This document shows positions 20,764 to 30,821 of a DNA stretch of 64,000 nt, piece after piece. The notes under the pieces are model-generated. The model searched no databases and was not told the origin of the DNA. It worked only from the letters and a program-made list of their open reading frames with translations. Source of the stretch: Methanomassiliicoccaceae archaeon (lineage in GTDB: Archaea; Thermoplasmatota; Thermoplasmata; Methanomassiliicoccales; Methanomassiliicoccaceae); assembly GCA_963728405.1 (NCBI GenBank), contig CAVSJV010000002.1, positions 224,001 to 288,000 of the forward strand, read 5' to 3'. Position 1 is the first letter of the stretch; the number at the start of each line of letters is the position of its first letter. A program made the position numbers and the translations under genes.

Positions 20764-20851
20764 CTGTCTCTTCCGCCGCTCTTTCGCTGAGCTCAATCGT
20801 TTAACGCCGTTCTTGGTCCGGTGAACGCTCCATCCCCTGCCTGCTTCTAAC

Positions 20852-21919
20852 CTACTTGTACCGCAGTATGCCTCCCACCTTAATCGTCGACACGAACATC
20901 CCCCCCAGTTCACTCTCGTCGTTGACGACCAAGACCTCGGTGCGGTAGCTCTCGGCCGTCTCCGAGATTTCCTCGATGTCCTTCAGCTCTAGTGCGTCGC
21001 TGACGATAACCACGTCTACCTGACCCCGTCTCAACAGTTCCGCAGTCTTTTCGAGACCCCATACTGCCAGGCCGTCCCTTCCTAGCTCGGCCCAGAACCG
21101 GTCCAGCACCTCTTTCTCGTGGTGGTACTCACAATTCGCCAGCAAGCCTTTTGCCGCATTCATTGCCTCTCGAAGTCCGTTCTCATCGGTATAACCGACG
21201 TCGACAACCCCGATCACCTTTTTGCGTAGCTCGTGATGAAGGTAATTACCAGCCATGAAGTCATCCTTGGTCATGGCCGGGCCGCCGACGATGATACCCC
21301 TCAGACCCTGATCCAGAAAGGCCTCGGTGCACCGGTCCGATATTCTCTTGAAATACGCGTTAATGGCGTCGTCCCTTAGCCGCTCGAACCTTAGGCTAGA
21401 CATGCCTCCGTGGTGGTGCTTGTTGGGAACCCGCGACTCGATTTGGGTATACGCCTTGATGACGGTTCCGGTGACGTAACCGAGGGTGGCCTCGGCCAGG
21501 TCTAGGACCAGGATGCCGTAAGTATCACGGGTTTCGGTCATCAGATAGAGTGGATCGAGGAAAAACTCGCTGTCGCACCTGTAGACGAAATCGGAGAGCG
21601 GCATAGGCGGCTCTATCACCTGGCGGTGGAGGCGGTCATCGACCTCGCCGAACAGTAGCACTAGGCCGTTGCCCGGAGCGATCTTACCCAGGCTAGTCAA
21701 CTGGGATAGGAGCGATGAGATAGCTGTCTGAATGTTCTTGCCAAGGAGCTGGGACTCGCTCCCCTTGGCCTCCGAGTAGTGGTCCTGGAGATAGACACGG
21801 ACATCGCTGATGGGCTTGCCGGGCGGGATGTACAACGAGATCAGTTGGGCTCTGTCCGCCTTGATGCTCCGGGCATGGTCCAATCGCTTCTTGAACAAGG
21901 GTGCGTTCATCCAATACAC
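20852..21919 (-). CDS. Peptide chain release factor aRF1/eRF1 paralogue (GGM, no NIKS)
   Basis: LISLYIPP, YRCDSEF, SRVPNKHHHGGMSSLRFERLR, GGPAMTK, VGYTDENGLRE, GGILRY. Confidence 0.92.
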   Translation of the reverse strand: MYWMNAPLFKKRLDHARSIKADRAQLISLYIPPGKPISDVRVYLQDHYSEAKGSESQLLGKNIQTAISSLLSQLTSLGKIAPGNGLVLLFGEVDDRLHRQVIEPPMPLSDFVYRCDSEFFLDPLYLMTETRDTYGILVLDLAEATLGYVTGTVIKAYTQIESRVPNKHHHGGMSSLRFERLRDDAINAYFKRISDRCTEAFLDQGLRGIIVGGPAMTKDDFMAGNYLHHELRKKVIGVVDVGYTDENGLREAMNAAKGLLANCEYHHEKEVLDRFWAELGRDGLAVWGLEKTAELLRRGQVDVVIVSDALELKDIEEISETAESYRTEVLVVNDESELGGMFVSTIKVGGILRYK

Positions 21920-22046
21920 CTACAATCGATCAATGGGCATTGAATATGAAACAGTTAACAATATACTCAAGCGTTATTGTTATGCCCCCTAAGCTGGCAA
22001 TACGCCTCTGATAAAGAAATAATCCGTAACGAATGGATACGCATGA

Positions 22047-22133
22047 TGGTGCAGGGGAAGGGATTTGAACCCTTGGACCACTAAGGATAGGATCCTAAGT
22101 CCTACGCCGTTGGCCAAGCTTGGCTACCCCTGC
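22047..22133 (-). tRNA. tRNA-Leu(TAG), CCA encoded
   Basis: GCAGGGGTAGCCAAGCTTGGCCAACGGCGTAGGACTTAGGATCCTATCCTTAGTGGTCCAAGGGTTCAAATCCCTTCCCCTGCACCA: 7-bp acceptor stem, TAGGA/TCCTA anticodon stem, long variable arm, TTCAAAT loop. Confidence 0.97.
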
Positions 22134-22160
22134 TTCTGGCCACCTAACGACTAATTATTC

Positions 22161-22614
22161 TTAATTCTTTTCCTCGATCCGGACGGCCCGTTCCAGCTCC
22201 GACTGCAGATATTTCCTCATCACTTCCATGGCGTTCTCCCTGGACTGGGGATAGGATTTCACCTTGCCGCGTATGGCGATGACGTCCTCACCGTCGGCCA
22301 TCTTGAACTGCCGGAGGAATGCTTCCTGCTTGCCCAACCTTAGGAAGAAGAACGATTCTTCGTCCAACCTACGGTCCAGGGAGTCCAGCAGCTGCGAAAG
22401 GTCCTCCCTGCTCAACGAACGGAACAATGCCTTGATACTCTTGGCATCGGTGACCTTCACCTCCATAACAATGATGGGGTTGCCATGGTAGCCGGTGCTG
22501 CTGCTCTGCTTTATCTCCTCGGCCCCAGAAACGAACTTCAGAGCCTGCTCGACCCGGTTGGGGTCCTCGGTGGCGTGAGCGAACTGTCCGGAAGGCCAGA
22601 TTGGCGATGTCCAT
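22161..22614 (-). CDS. Archaeal RNA-binding protein (DUF54/PF01877-like; frameshift at 22585)
   Basis: Repaired reading FRTFAHATED..GYHGNPI..FFLRLGKQEAF. Confidence 0.85.
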
Positions 22615-22754
22615 GTTCGTTGATATGTCGCAGGGATAATTATGTTTTTCCGCAGGCTAAAATTAATTCCATTAGTTTAAATAATGCTGGCTCAACTTTT
22701 GAGGTTTCTTTGAGGACGGAGAGAAATGGGGAAGCAATACGAGGTCCGGGCAGT

Positions 22755-23306
22755 ATGATCGAGGTTCGATTCCATGGTAGGGGCGGACAGGGCGCTGTGA
22801 TCGCCTCAGAGATATTGGCAAGGGCTGCGGTAAAGGAAGGCATGTACGCTTCGGCCTTCCCGTTCTTCGGGGTCGAGCGCCGTGGAGCCCCGGTCATGGC
22901 GTTCTGTCGTATCGATGACCGACCGATCCGCATACATGCAGGGATCTACGACCCCGACCATGTGGTCATCCTGGACCAGGGGCTGATCAAACTGGTCGAT
23001 GTTCTCCAAGGGCATCGAAAGAACGGATCCATCGTGGTCAACACCGCAAAGACGCTCACCGAGCTTGGGCTGTCCCTCGACCGCCGCCAGGTTCTGGTCG
23101 ATGCCACATCGATCGCGTTGCGCCGAGGATTGGGCAGCGAGACCGCCCCGATCGTCAATACCGCCATTCTGGGGGCGTTCGCCCGGGCCTGCTCCAAGGT
23201 CTCGATCGATGCGATTCTAGAAAGCATCAAGGAGTCGGTGCCAGCAAAGCCCGAACAGAACGTGGCAGCAGCTCAGGACGCCTACCAACAATGGGAGTGG
23301 TTGTGA
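22755..23306 (+). CDS. porC: Pyruvate/2-ketoisovalerate:ferredoxin oxidoreductase gamma subunit
   Basis: MIEVRFHGRGGQGAV, FPFFGVERRGAPV, PIVNTAILGA. Confidence 0.93.
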   Translation: MIEVRFHGRGGQGAVIASEILARAAVKEGMYASAFPFFGVERRGAPVMAFCRIDDRPIRIHAGIYDPDHVVILDQGLIKLVDVLQGHRKNGSIVVNTAKTLTELGLSLDRRQVLVDATSIALRRGLGSETAPIVNTAILGAFARACSKVSIDAILESIKESVPAKPEQNVAAAQDAYQQWEWL

Positions 23307-23582
23307 TGTTCAGGACAGTATCACGACCTGCCTTCCGTTCCGGTGACCTCTCAGAGCACCGAAGACGTTATTACCGGGACGTGGAGGACCATCCGGCCGG
23401 TACTGGATGGGGACAAGTGCATTCGTTGCTACATCTGCTGGAAGTACTGCCCCGACCTGAGCATCAAGGTCGAGGAGGAGGGCGCCTATCCAGAGATCGA
23501 TTACGATCATTGCAAGGGCTGCGGCATCTGTTCGAACGAATGCCCCAAGGGAGCGATCCGAATGGAAAGGGAGCAGCTATGA
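23306..23582 (+). CDS. porD: Oxidoreductase delta subunit (2x[4Fe-4S]; frameshift at 23317)
   Basis: TGTWR..RP, CIRCYICWKYCP, DYDHCKGCGICSNECP. Repaired start MFRTYHDLP overlaps the porC stop. Confidence 0.92.
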
Positions 23583-24760
23583 TCGACATGATGACCGCGA
23601 ACTATGCCGCGGCCTACGCGGCCAAGCTCGCCAGGATTGACGTCGCCGCGGTATATCCCATCACCCCGCAGACATCTATATCAGAAAAACTGGCCGAGAT
23701 GGTGCAAAAAGGGGAACTGGATGCCAAGTACATGCTCATGGAGAGCGAGCATTCCGCGATGTCGGCGCTCATTGGCGCGTCGTACGTCGGCGCCAGGACC
23801 TTCACCGCCACCTCTTCGCAGGGTCTTGCGTTGATGCATGAAATGCTCATGTGGGCGGTGGGAGCGAGGACGCCGATCGTCATGCCGGTGGCCGCAAGGG
23901 CCATCGGGGGGCCTTGGAACATCTGGGGAGAGCATCAGGACGTCATCACCGAGCGGGACACCGGCTGGATGCAAATATTCTGTGAGAATAACCAGGAGGT
24001 CCTGGACACCGTGCTCATGGCCTATCGGGTGGCCGAGGACCGCCGGGTGATGCTGCCGGCGATGGTCATTGAGGATGGGTTCATACTGTCCCATACGGTC
24101 GATAGCGTCGATGTACCATCGCAGGAGGAAGTAGACCGGTACCTACCGCCATTCCGTCCCGAGTACCCCATCGATGTTGAACGACCGATCCGTCATGGAG
24201 GGCTGGTCATGCCAGATTGGTGGACGGAGTTCCGTTATCGTATCTACCTCGACCAGGAGAATGCCCGCACCAAGATATTGGAGGCTGAGAAGGAGTTCCA
24301 GAAGGCCTTCGGCAGGAGCTACGGCGGCATGATGGAATACTACCAGTGCGACGATGCTGCCGTCATCCTGATCGTGGCCGGGTCGGCCGCCGGGACGGCC
24401 AAGGAGGTCGTCGACACGCTGAGGTCCCAGGGCAAGAGGGTCGGAGTGGCCAAGCTACGGGTCTTCCGCCCCTTCCCGACAGAGGAATTGCGTCTGCTGG
24501 CATCGATGTCCCATACTATTGGAGTATTTGATCGGAGCTATACCTTCGGGGACGGCGGTGCCATGTTCAACGAGGTCCGTTCCGCACTGCAGGGGCATGA
24601 GGTGATCATCAAGGATTATGTCGGAGGCCTGGGCGGCAGGGATGTGACAGTGAAGAACATTGAATGGATCTTCGAGGACCTGCTCAAGATATCGAAGGGC
24701 GGTAGGGTTGACCGCCCCATAGAATGGGTCGGGTTGAAGGACGGGACCGGGAGGTGGTAG
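23579..24760 (+). CDS. porA: Oxidoreductase alpha subunit
   Basis: YPITPQT, ESEHSA, TATSSQGLALMHE, FRPFP, GLGGRD. Confidence 0.94.
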   Translation: MIDMMTANYAAAYAAKLARIDVAAVYPITPQTSISEKLAEMVQKGELDAKYMLMESEHSAMSALIGASYVGARTFTATSSQGLALMHEMLMWAVGARTPIVMPVAARAIGGPWNIWGEHQDVITERDTGWMQIFCENNQEVLDTVLMAYRVAEDRRVMLPAMVIEDGFILSHTVDSVDVPSQEEVDRYLPPFRPEYPIDVERPIRHGGLVMPDWWTEFRYRIYLDQENARTKILEAEKEFQKAFGRSYGGMMEYYQCDDAAVILIVAGSAAGTAKEVVDTLRSQGKRVGVAKLRVFRPFPTEELRLLASMSHTIGVFDRSYTFGDGGAMFNEVRSALQGHEVIIKDYVGGLGGRDVTVKNIEWIFEDLLKISKGGRVDRPIEWVGLKDGTGRW

Positions 24761-24761
24761 G

Positions 24762-25679
24762 ATGGACGATGATGCAGCACAGAGGAACTTTAAGTTCACT
24801 ATCCCGAAGGAAGAGCTGATGGCGCCAGGACACAGTGGATGCCCCGGTTGCGGTGAGCCTTTGGCCCTACGCTACCTCCTCAAGGCCCTGGGGCCAAGAA
24901 CGATCGTCAATGTGCCGGCAGGGTGTTGTGCGGTCATACCGGGCGTATGGCCACGCTACTCGCTCAAAGTGCCCTTGGTCGACCATGCCTTCGAGTGCAC
25001 CGCGGCCGTGTCGTCAGGAATCAAGGCCGCGCTGGAGCAGAAAGGCCTTGATGACATCACGGTGGTGGGATGGGCCGGGGACGGGGGGACTGTCGATATC
25101 GGTCTGCAATCCCTGTCCGGGGCGGTCGACCGCCAGACCGATTTTCTCTACGTCATGTACGACAACGAGGCGTACATGAACACTGGTATCCAGTGCAGCG
25201 GCTCAACGCCCTGCGGAGCGTGGACCACCACCACCCCGGGAGGAAAGGGCATCGACCAGCGTCAGGGAAAGAAGCGTATCATGGATATGCTGATCGCCAA
25301 TGGTATCGCCTACGGCGCGACAGTGAACGTGGCCTACCCGGAGAACTTCATCGAGACGGTCCGTCAGGCCAAGGCGATAAAGGGTCCGAAGTTCATTCAT
25401 GCATACTCTCCGTGCCCCTCGGGCTGGAGGATGGACCCCCGACGATCGATCGAGGTCTCTCGCCTGGCCACTCAGACCGGGGTCTTTCCATTATACGAAT
25501 ATCGTGATGGGGTCCACAGATTCACCAAAGAGATTAAGAAGAGGAAGCCGGTTGAAGAATATCTTCGCCTCCAGGGGCGGTTCAGGCATCTGACCCCCGC
25601 TGACGTGGCCGAGGTCCAAAAGCTCATCGACCTTGAGGGTGAGGAGCTGGAGGCCAAGGTGAGGGCGAGTAGAAGGTGA
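24762..25679 (+). CDS. porB: Oxidoreductase beta (TPP-binding) subunit
   Basis: GHSGCPGCG, GDGGTVDIG, DNEAYMNTG, SPCPSGW. Confidence 0.94.
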   Translation: MDDDAAQRNFKFTIPKEELMAPGHSGCPGCGEPLALRYLLKALGPRTIVNVPAGCCAVIPGVWPRYSLKVPLVDHAFECTAAVSSGIKAALEQKGLDDITVVGWAGDGGTVDIGLQSLSGAVDRQTDFLYVMYDNEAYMNTGIQCSGSTPCGAWTTTTPGGKGIDQRQGKKRIMDMLIANGIAYGATVNVAYPENFIETVRQAKAIKGPKFIHAYSPCPSGWRMDPRRSIEVSRLATQTGVFPLYEYRDGVHRFTKEIKKRKPVEEYLRLQGRFRHLTPADVAEVQKLIDLEGEELEAKVRASRR

Positions 25680-25683
25680 CCGG

Positions 25684-27499
25684 TTGGACAAGTTGTTGGC
25701 GGATAGCGGCAGGCTCCTATTACTGGGTAATGAGGCGATCGCAAGAGGTCTGATCGAGGCCGGAGTGGGCCTGGCGGCCACCTATCCGGGGACGCCGTCC
25801 TCGGAAGTGGGCGGTATCCTGGAGGACATAGCCTCTCAGGCCGGCATGTACTTCGAGTACTCCACCAACGAAAAGGTGGCCATGGAAGTGGCCGGTGCCG
25901 CGGCCGCATCGGGCGTTCGCTCCTTTGCCTTTATGAAGCATGTCGGATTGAACGTCGCCAGCGATGCGTTCATGACCTTATCCTACACCGGGGTTCGGGC
26001 CGGCATGGTGATCATGTCCGCCGACGATCCCTCCTGTCACTCGTCCCAGAACGAGCAGGACAATCGGTTCTACGCCAAGCTTGGCCTATTCCCCATGGTG
26101 GAGCCCTCCACCCCTACCGAAGCAAGGGACATGCTAGTGGAGGCCTTCCGGATCTCTGAGCTCCTGGGAACCCCTGTCCTATTCCGAACGACCACCCGTG
26201 TGAACCATGCCCGGGGGGTGGTGGACCTGAACAAGGCGCCCGCTCCGCTGCGAAAGGGCAAGTTCGAAAAGGACCCTCAGCGTTTTGTCACTGTACCCGC
26301 GCATGCCAGGCTGGGCCGTATCGAGCAGCTGAAGCGGATGGAGCGTGCACTGAAACTGTCTGAGGGCTCACCCCTGAACTTCATAGTGGGCAGCTCGCGG
26401 GTGGGGGTGATCACCAGTGGGGTCACCTATACCTATGCAAGGGAGTGGCTCGAGGACTGTGGAGATCCTCAAGCTGGGCTTCACCAATCCAGTGCCTGAA
26501 GAAAAGATCCGCAAGTTCCTCGAGGGCAAACAGCGCGTGGTCGTCCTGGAGGAACTGGAGCCCTACCTGGAGGACGAGGTACGGCGCATCGCCCAGCAGA
26601 GCAATATTGCGGTGGAGATCCTCGGCAAGAGGACCGGGCATCTGCCCCGGGCGTTCGAATACTCTCCGGACCTCATACTCGGCCTGGGCTCGATCCTGAA
26701 GGTAACGCCGGAGAAGGAGCCCTTGCCCGCGGCCACGCTCAAGTTACCGTCCCGACCGCCGGTGCTGTGCGCCGGGTGCCCCCACCGGGCCACATATTAT
26801 GCGGTAAAGAAGGCGGTCGGTAAGGAGGGGGCGATCTACTCCACCGATATCGGCTGCTATACTCTGGGCGTCCAGCAACCTATGCAGTGCGCCGACTTTG
26901 TCCTGTGCATGGGCTCATCGGTCGGAGCGGCCGGGGGATTCTCGGAGGCCACGGAGCAGAAGGTTGTCGCTTTCATCGGCGACTCGACCTTCTTCCATGG
27001 CGGCATTCCCGGGCTGATCAATGCGGCATACAACAAACACAACTATACCCTGGTCATCCTCGACAACCGCACCACCGCCATGACTGGCCATCAGCCCAAC
27101 CCTGGCATCGGCAGGGAGTATGGCGGCGTGGAGTCCCCCGGCCTAAAGATCGAGCCACTGGTCCGCGCCTGCGGCGTGGAGTTCGTCCGTACCGTCGATC
27201 CGTATGACATCAAAGCCGCTGTGCAGGTGATGAAGGAGGCGGTCGATCATGATGGGCTTTCGGTGGTCATCTCCGAGCATGCCTGCCCGCTTTTGAAGAA
27301 GAAGGAAGGAAAGCTGGCCCCCAGCATCTACAAGATCGATCAGAAGAAATGCGTTCGCTGCTATACCTGCGTTTCCAAGTTCTCCTGCCCCGCCCTGAGC
27401 AAGGACGAAGGGGTGGTGAGCATCGACCTATCGCTGTGCATCGGATGCGGAGGCTGTGCGCAGGTGTGTCCCAAGCAAGCTATAGAGGTGGTCCAGTGA
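25684..27499 (+). CDS. iorA: Indolepyruvate:ferredoxin oxidoreductase alpha subunit (frameshift at 26458)
   Basis: LGNEAIARG, YPGTPSSE, NEKVA, MKHVGLNVA, SSQNEQD, CAGCPH, DIGCY, GDSTF, C-terminal ferredoxin. Confidence 0.94.
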
Positions 27500-28101
27500 A
27501 GTATAACATTCAATTGGTGGGCGTGGGCGGTCAGGGTGTGCTCCTGGCGTCCACGGTGCTCGGCAATGCCGCGGTGGCGGAAGGTCTTGAGGTGGCGATG
27601 TCCGAGGTGCACGGTATGGCCCAGCGGGGTGGCAGCGTGCTGTGCTCGGTGCGGATGGGCCAGGGCATATTCAGCCCCCTGATACCCAAGGGCGGGGCGG
27701 ACCTTCTGCTCGGTTTCGAACCAGTGGAGACCTGCCGCGCACTGACCACGGTCAACAAGTCAAGCTGCATCGTCACCAATCTGACCCCGATCGTTCCTAT
27801 CACTGTATCGGCGGGACAGGAGACCTACCCGAAGGTCGAGGAGATCCTTGGGGCGTTGAGATCGGTCAGTGAAAATGTCATCGCCATCGACGCCACGGCC
27901 AAGGCGATCGAGGCCGGGCGGGCCATCACCGCCAACTCGGTGCTCATCGGCACTATCTCCGCGGTCAAGGGCTTCCCACTGTCCAAGGAGAGGATGCTCA
28001 ACACCTTGCTCGAGGTAGTGCCGGCTAAGGCCCGGGACATCAACATGAGGGCATTCGAACTGGGTTACCGGGCGGTCACGGGTTCCCCAGTTCCTGATTG
28101 A
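27496..28101 (+). CDS. iorB: Indolepyruvate:ferredoxin oxidoreductase beta subunit
   Basis: GVGGQGV, SEVHGMAQRGGSV, LGFEPVE. Confidence 0.94.
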   Translation: MKYNIQLVGVGGQGVLLASTVLGNAAVAEGLEVAMSEVHGMAQRGGSVLCSVRMGQGIFSPLIPKGGADLLLGFEPVETCRALTTVNKSSCIVTNLTPIVPITVSAGQETYPKVEEILGALRSVSENVIAIDATAKAIEAGRAITANSVLIGTISAVKGFPLSKERMLNTLLEVVPAKARDINMRAFELGYRAVTGSPVPD

Positions 28102-28134
28102 TCGATCCTAAAACCTCTCGGATCGTACATGGGC

Positions 28135-29234
28135 CTAGGCGATCGGAGCTATCAGCTGCTTCCCGTAGCCGATCAGCACCTTACCGTAACCTCGAAGCTC
28201 TTCGTCCAGCTCACCGCTTCCGGTGTCGACGTGCAGCGTTTTGGTCTCCTGCATCTTGAACGGGGTGGCGAGGATGACGATATTGCGGATCCCGATTTTC
28301 TCAATGACCCGGGGCGATATCTGCTGATTCCCTCGCCCGAAGATGAATCCCTGGGCACCGATAGGCGAGACGACGATCCTTGCTTCCTGGTAGACGTTCA
28401 GCGCGAATAGGATGGCCTCCTCGTCCATGTCCTTGCCGATGAGGTGGCCGTCCACCACGAGGTCGACCCCCAGCAGTGTTTTGGCGATCCCGAGCTTCTT
28501 GCCTACCGCCTCGATGGTAGTTCCAGGGCCGAGGACATATAGCATCCCCGGATGCATGTGCTCGACGAAGTAGGTGGCGATCGCCTCCTTATGATCGTCC
28601 TCAGAACCGCCGCCCAGGGCCATCTTGAACGGCTGCATCAACTTCGGCTCCTCCGGAGTTAGCATATAGCCGTACAGGGACGCGCTTATCCTCCCTTGCC
28701 GGACCTCCTCCTCATCGATGTCCATGACCTCGGTGCGTTGCGACGGCAGATCCTCGACCCTACTCGTTTCAGAAGTATGCCAGCGTCGTGGGGCGTGTTA
28801 GCGAAGACCCCTGAATGCATCTTGACCCCGGATGGGATCCCGATGACCGGTACCTGCTCATCGACCGCGTCCATTACGTCGCGGGCAGTACCGTCCCCAC
28901 CGGTGAACAACAGAATATCGATCCCCGCCTCGAGCAGCGCAGCGCAGGCACCTCTAGTGTCCCGATCGGAGGTGTTCTCGGGGGTAGCGTAGACAACTGT
29001 AACCTTATCGGTCCTGGTCCGTAGGACGTCCTCCCCCATCACACCCCCAGCGGTGAAGAACTCGTAGCCCTCCAGGTCGCCGGCGGCTTGGAGGGCCATT
29101 AACGCTCGCCCCTGTGCGATAGGCCGGGCGCCCCGTTTGGCCGCTTCTTCCAGTATGGCGGGTGTGTCCGTCCCCTTCAACCCGACCGCTCCGCCCATGC
29201 CTGAGATGGGATTGATGATCAGCCCAACGCGCAC
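28135..29234 (-). CDS. ATP-NAD/AcoX kinase family protein (frameshift near 28765)
   Basis: NPISGMGGAVGLKGTD, GGDGTARD, GVKMHSGVFA, GPGTT, QGFIFGRGNQQ, spread across two track ORFs. Confidence 0.9.
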
Positions 29235-29328
29235 GGCGATATAATGGATGGGCCGATAATAAAACAGTTGGAAAACTAGGGAAGTGGAGGGGGGCGGGGG
29301 GTCTTGCCTCCGCGCCCTTTCCCTCTTT

Positions 29329-30133
29329 TTATCTGGAAAGCAGTTCGGGGTTCACCGTGGCGGTGAATGACAGGTTTACAGCCTCTGGAACGGTGCTAGC
29401 TGTGATCAGCTCCGCGACCGGCTGGGCCATCTGCTGGGAAATGATCTCGACCGTCGGCCTTGTGCCTGAAGTAGGCCTCGACCTCCTCCCGGATCGGAGA
29501 AACAACCTCTTCAGTGATCTGGTGGGTCATGGAATCGATGATATGATTGATCGATCGTTCCATGATGGCGAAGCTCTCGTTGATTGGAGTATCCCCGGCC
29601 AGCTGGAGCAGGCGGTCGTTTTCGAGGACGATGGTGTTCTCGGCAACGTTCCTAAGTTTCTTGATCCCTTCCTTGGCGGTGTCCTGCCTTCCCCTTTCGT
29701 AGGAGAATGGGTTGATAGCGATAGCGAAGGTTACGGCGTTCATTCCCTTGGCGACCTCGGCCACCACGGGCGCAGCGCCGGTCCCGGTCCCGCCGCCCAT
29801 CCCGGCGACGACGATGACGATGTCACTTCCTCGGAGAACGCTCTCCAGAGCCGATCTGGCCATGTCTGCGCAGTGCTCTCCCACCTCAGGGAAGCCCCCA
29901 GCTCCCTGGCCGTGGGTAACATCCTTGCCGATGAGGATCTTCTTATGCGCATCAATCTTCTCCAGTTTGCTCTCGTCGGTGTTGACCGCTATGGTCTCCA
30001 CCCTCTTGTTGCTCCAGTAGATGCTGTTGACGACGTTGTTACCGGCGCCGCCGCATCCCACCACGGAGATCCTCGGCTCTATGAGACCCTTGCTCAGGGT
30101 GGCCACGATCTGTTCGCTCTTGGTTTGCATCAT
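29329..30133 (-). CDS. ftsZ: Short FtsZ-family GTPase, N-terminal domain only (probable frameshift near 29451)
   Basis: GCGGAGNN, AVNTD, GAGG, GMGGGTGTG, NPFSYE, ENDRL. As given it stops at 29396; repaired it stops at 29329. No C-terminal domain in either case. Confidence 0.85.
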
Positions 30134-30245
30134 CCCCACTTCCCTTACTGCCTGTCCAGCAGGTGAGCTGAACGGTCCTGTTGATACAAAACCGTGCATC
30201 CCATCCCTCTACAGATCATATCCCTTCTAGATCTGCCGAGCCGCC

Positions 30246-30629
30246 CTAATCTGGTAACACCTGCACCGTGGTCTTGATAGCCTCAAGTTTTGCCCGCTTG
30301 ATTGTATCAAGAGTTTCCTCAGTATGGATGTACCTCTTCCTTATGCACTCCACCACCGCGTCCTCGGGGGAATTATACATCCCTGCCCGAACCGAGTCCA
30401 TAATGGTCTCATGCGCCAGCCGGGGGATCTCTACCGTTATCATGTTCTTCTTGACCGGATGCTTCGTGGTCCCGGTCGTGCGATCCCCTTCCAGCTGTTC
30501 GATGAACGTTCGAATGGCCACCCTAGCAAAATTGGAACGGTTTGAGTATTCCGGATGCTTTTCGATAAAAGCATCGAGGAGCTCGAGGTCCTCAGGTTCC
30601 AACCGTAGTGATATCCTTTCTCCGTCCAT
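30246..30629 (-). CDS. Tandem ribbon-helix-helix regulator (CdrS-like by context)
   Basis: ERISLRL..YSNRSNFARVAIR and ITVEIP..GMYNSPEDAV; directly upstream of ftsZ. Confidence 0.8.
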   Translation of the reverse strand: MDGERISLRLEPEDLELLDAFIEKHPEYSNRSNFARVAIRTFIEQLEGDRTTGTTKHPVKKNMITVEIPRLAHETIMDSVRAGMYNSPEDAVVECIRKRYIHTEETLDTIKRAKLEAIKTTVQVLPD

Positions 30630-30666
30630 TCTCAGCTCTCCTGCGATTTCAGGACATATTTAGGAA

Positions 30667-30821
30667 TGTCATACAAAGTATATAAAAATATGTCATCTGT
30701 CATATATTGTCATATCTATTTTGATACTATGGAAAGGCGACTGGCCAGATATAACATTCTAAACTAATAATTGTTGGTCAGATATGGTCCATTTAATTTC
30801 ACTCGACGCGGGGTGTCATAC
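30667..30821 (-). promoter_or_regulatory. RHH-ftsZ promoter with clustered TGTCAT(A) repeats around the TATA box
   Basis: TGTCAT at 30667, 30691, 30698, 30708 and 30814; TTTATATA on the - strand within 30678-30688. Confidence 0.65.

Noticed and set aside
20803-20840. Fragments resembling the tRNA-Leu 5' half (acgccgtt, cccctgc)
   Set aside because: The matches are short and discontinuous, and not distinguishable from chance by eye.
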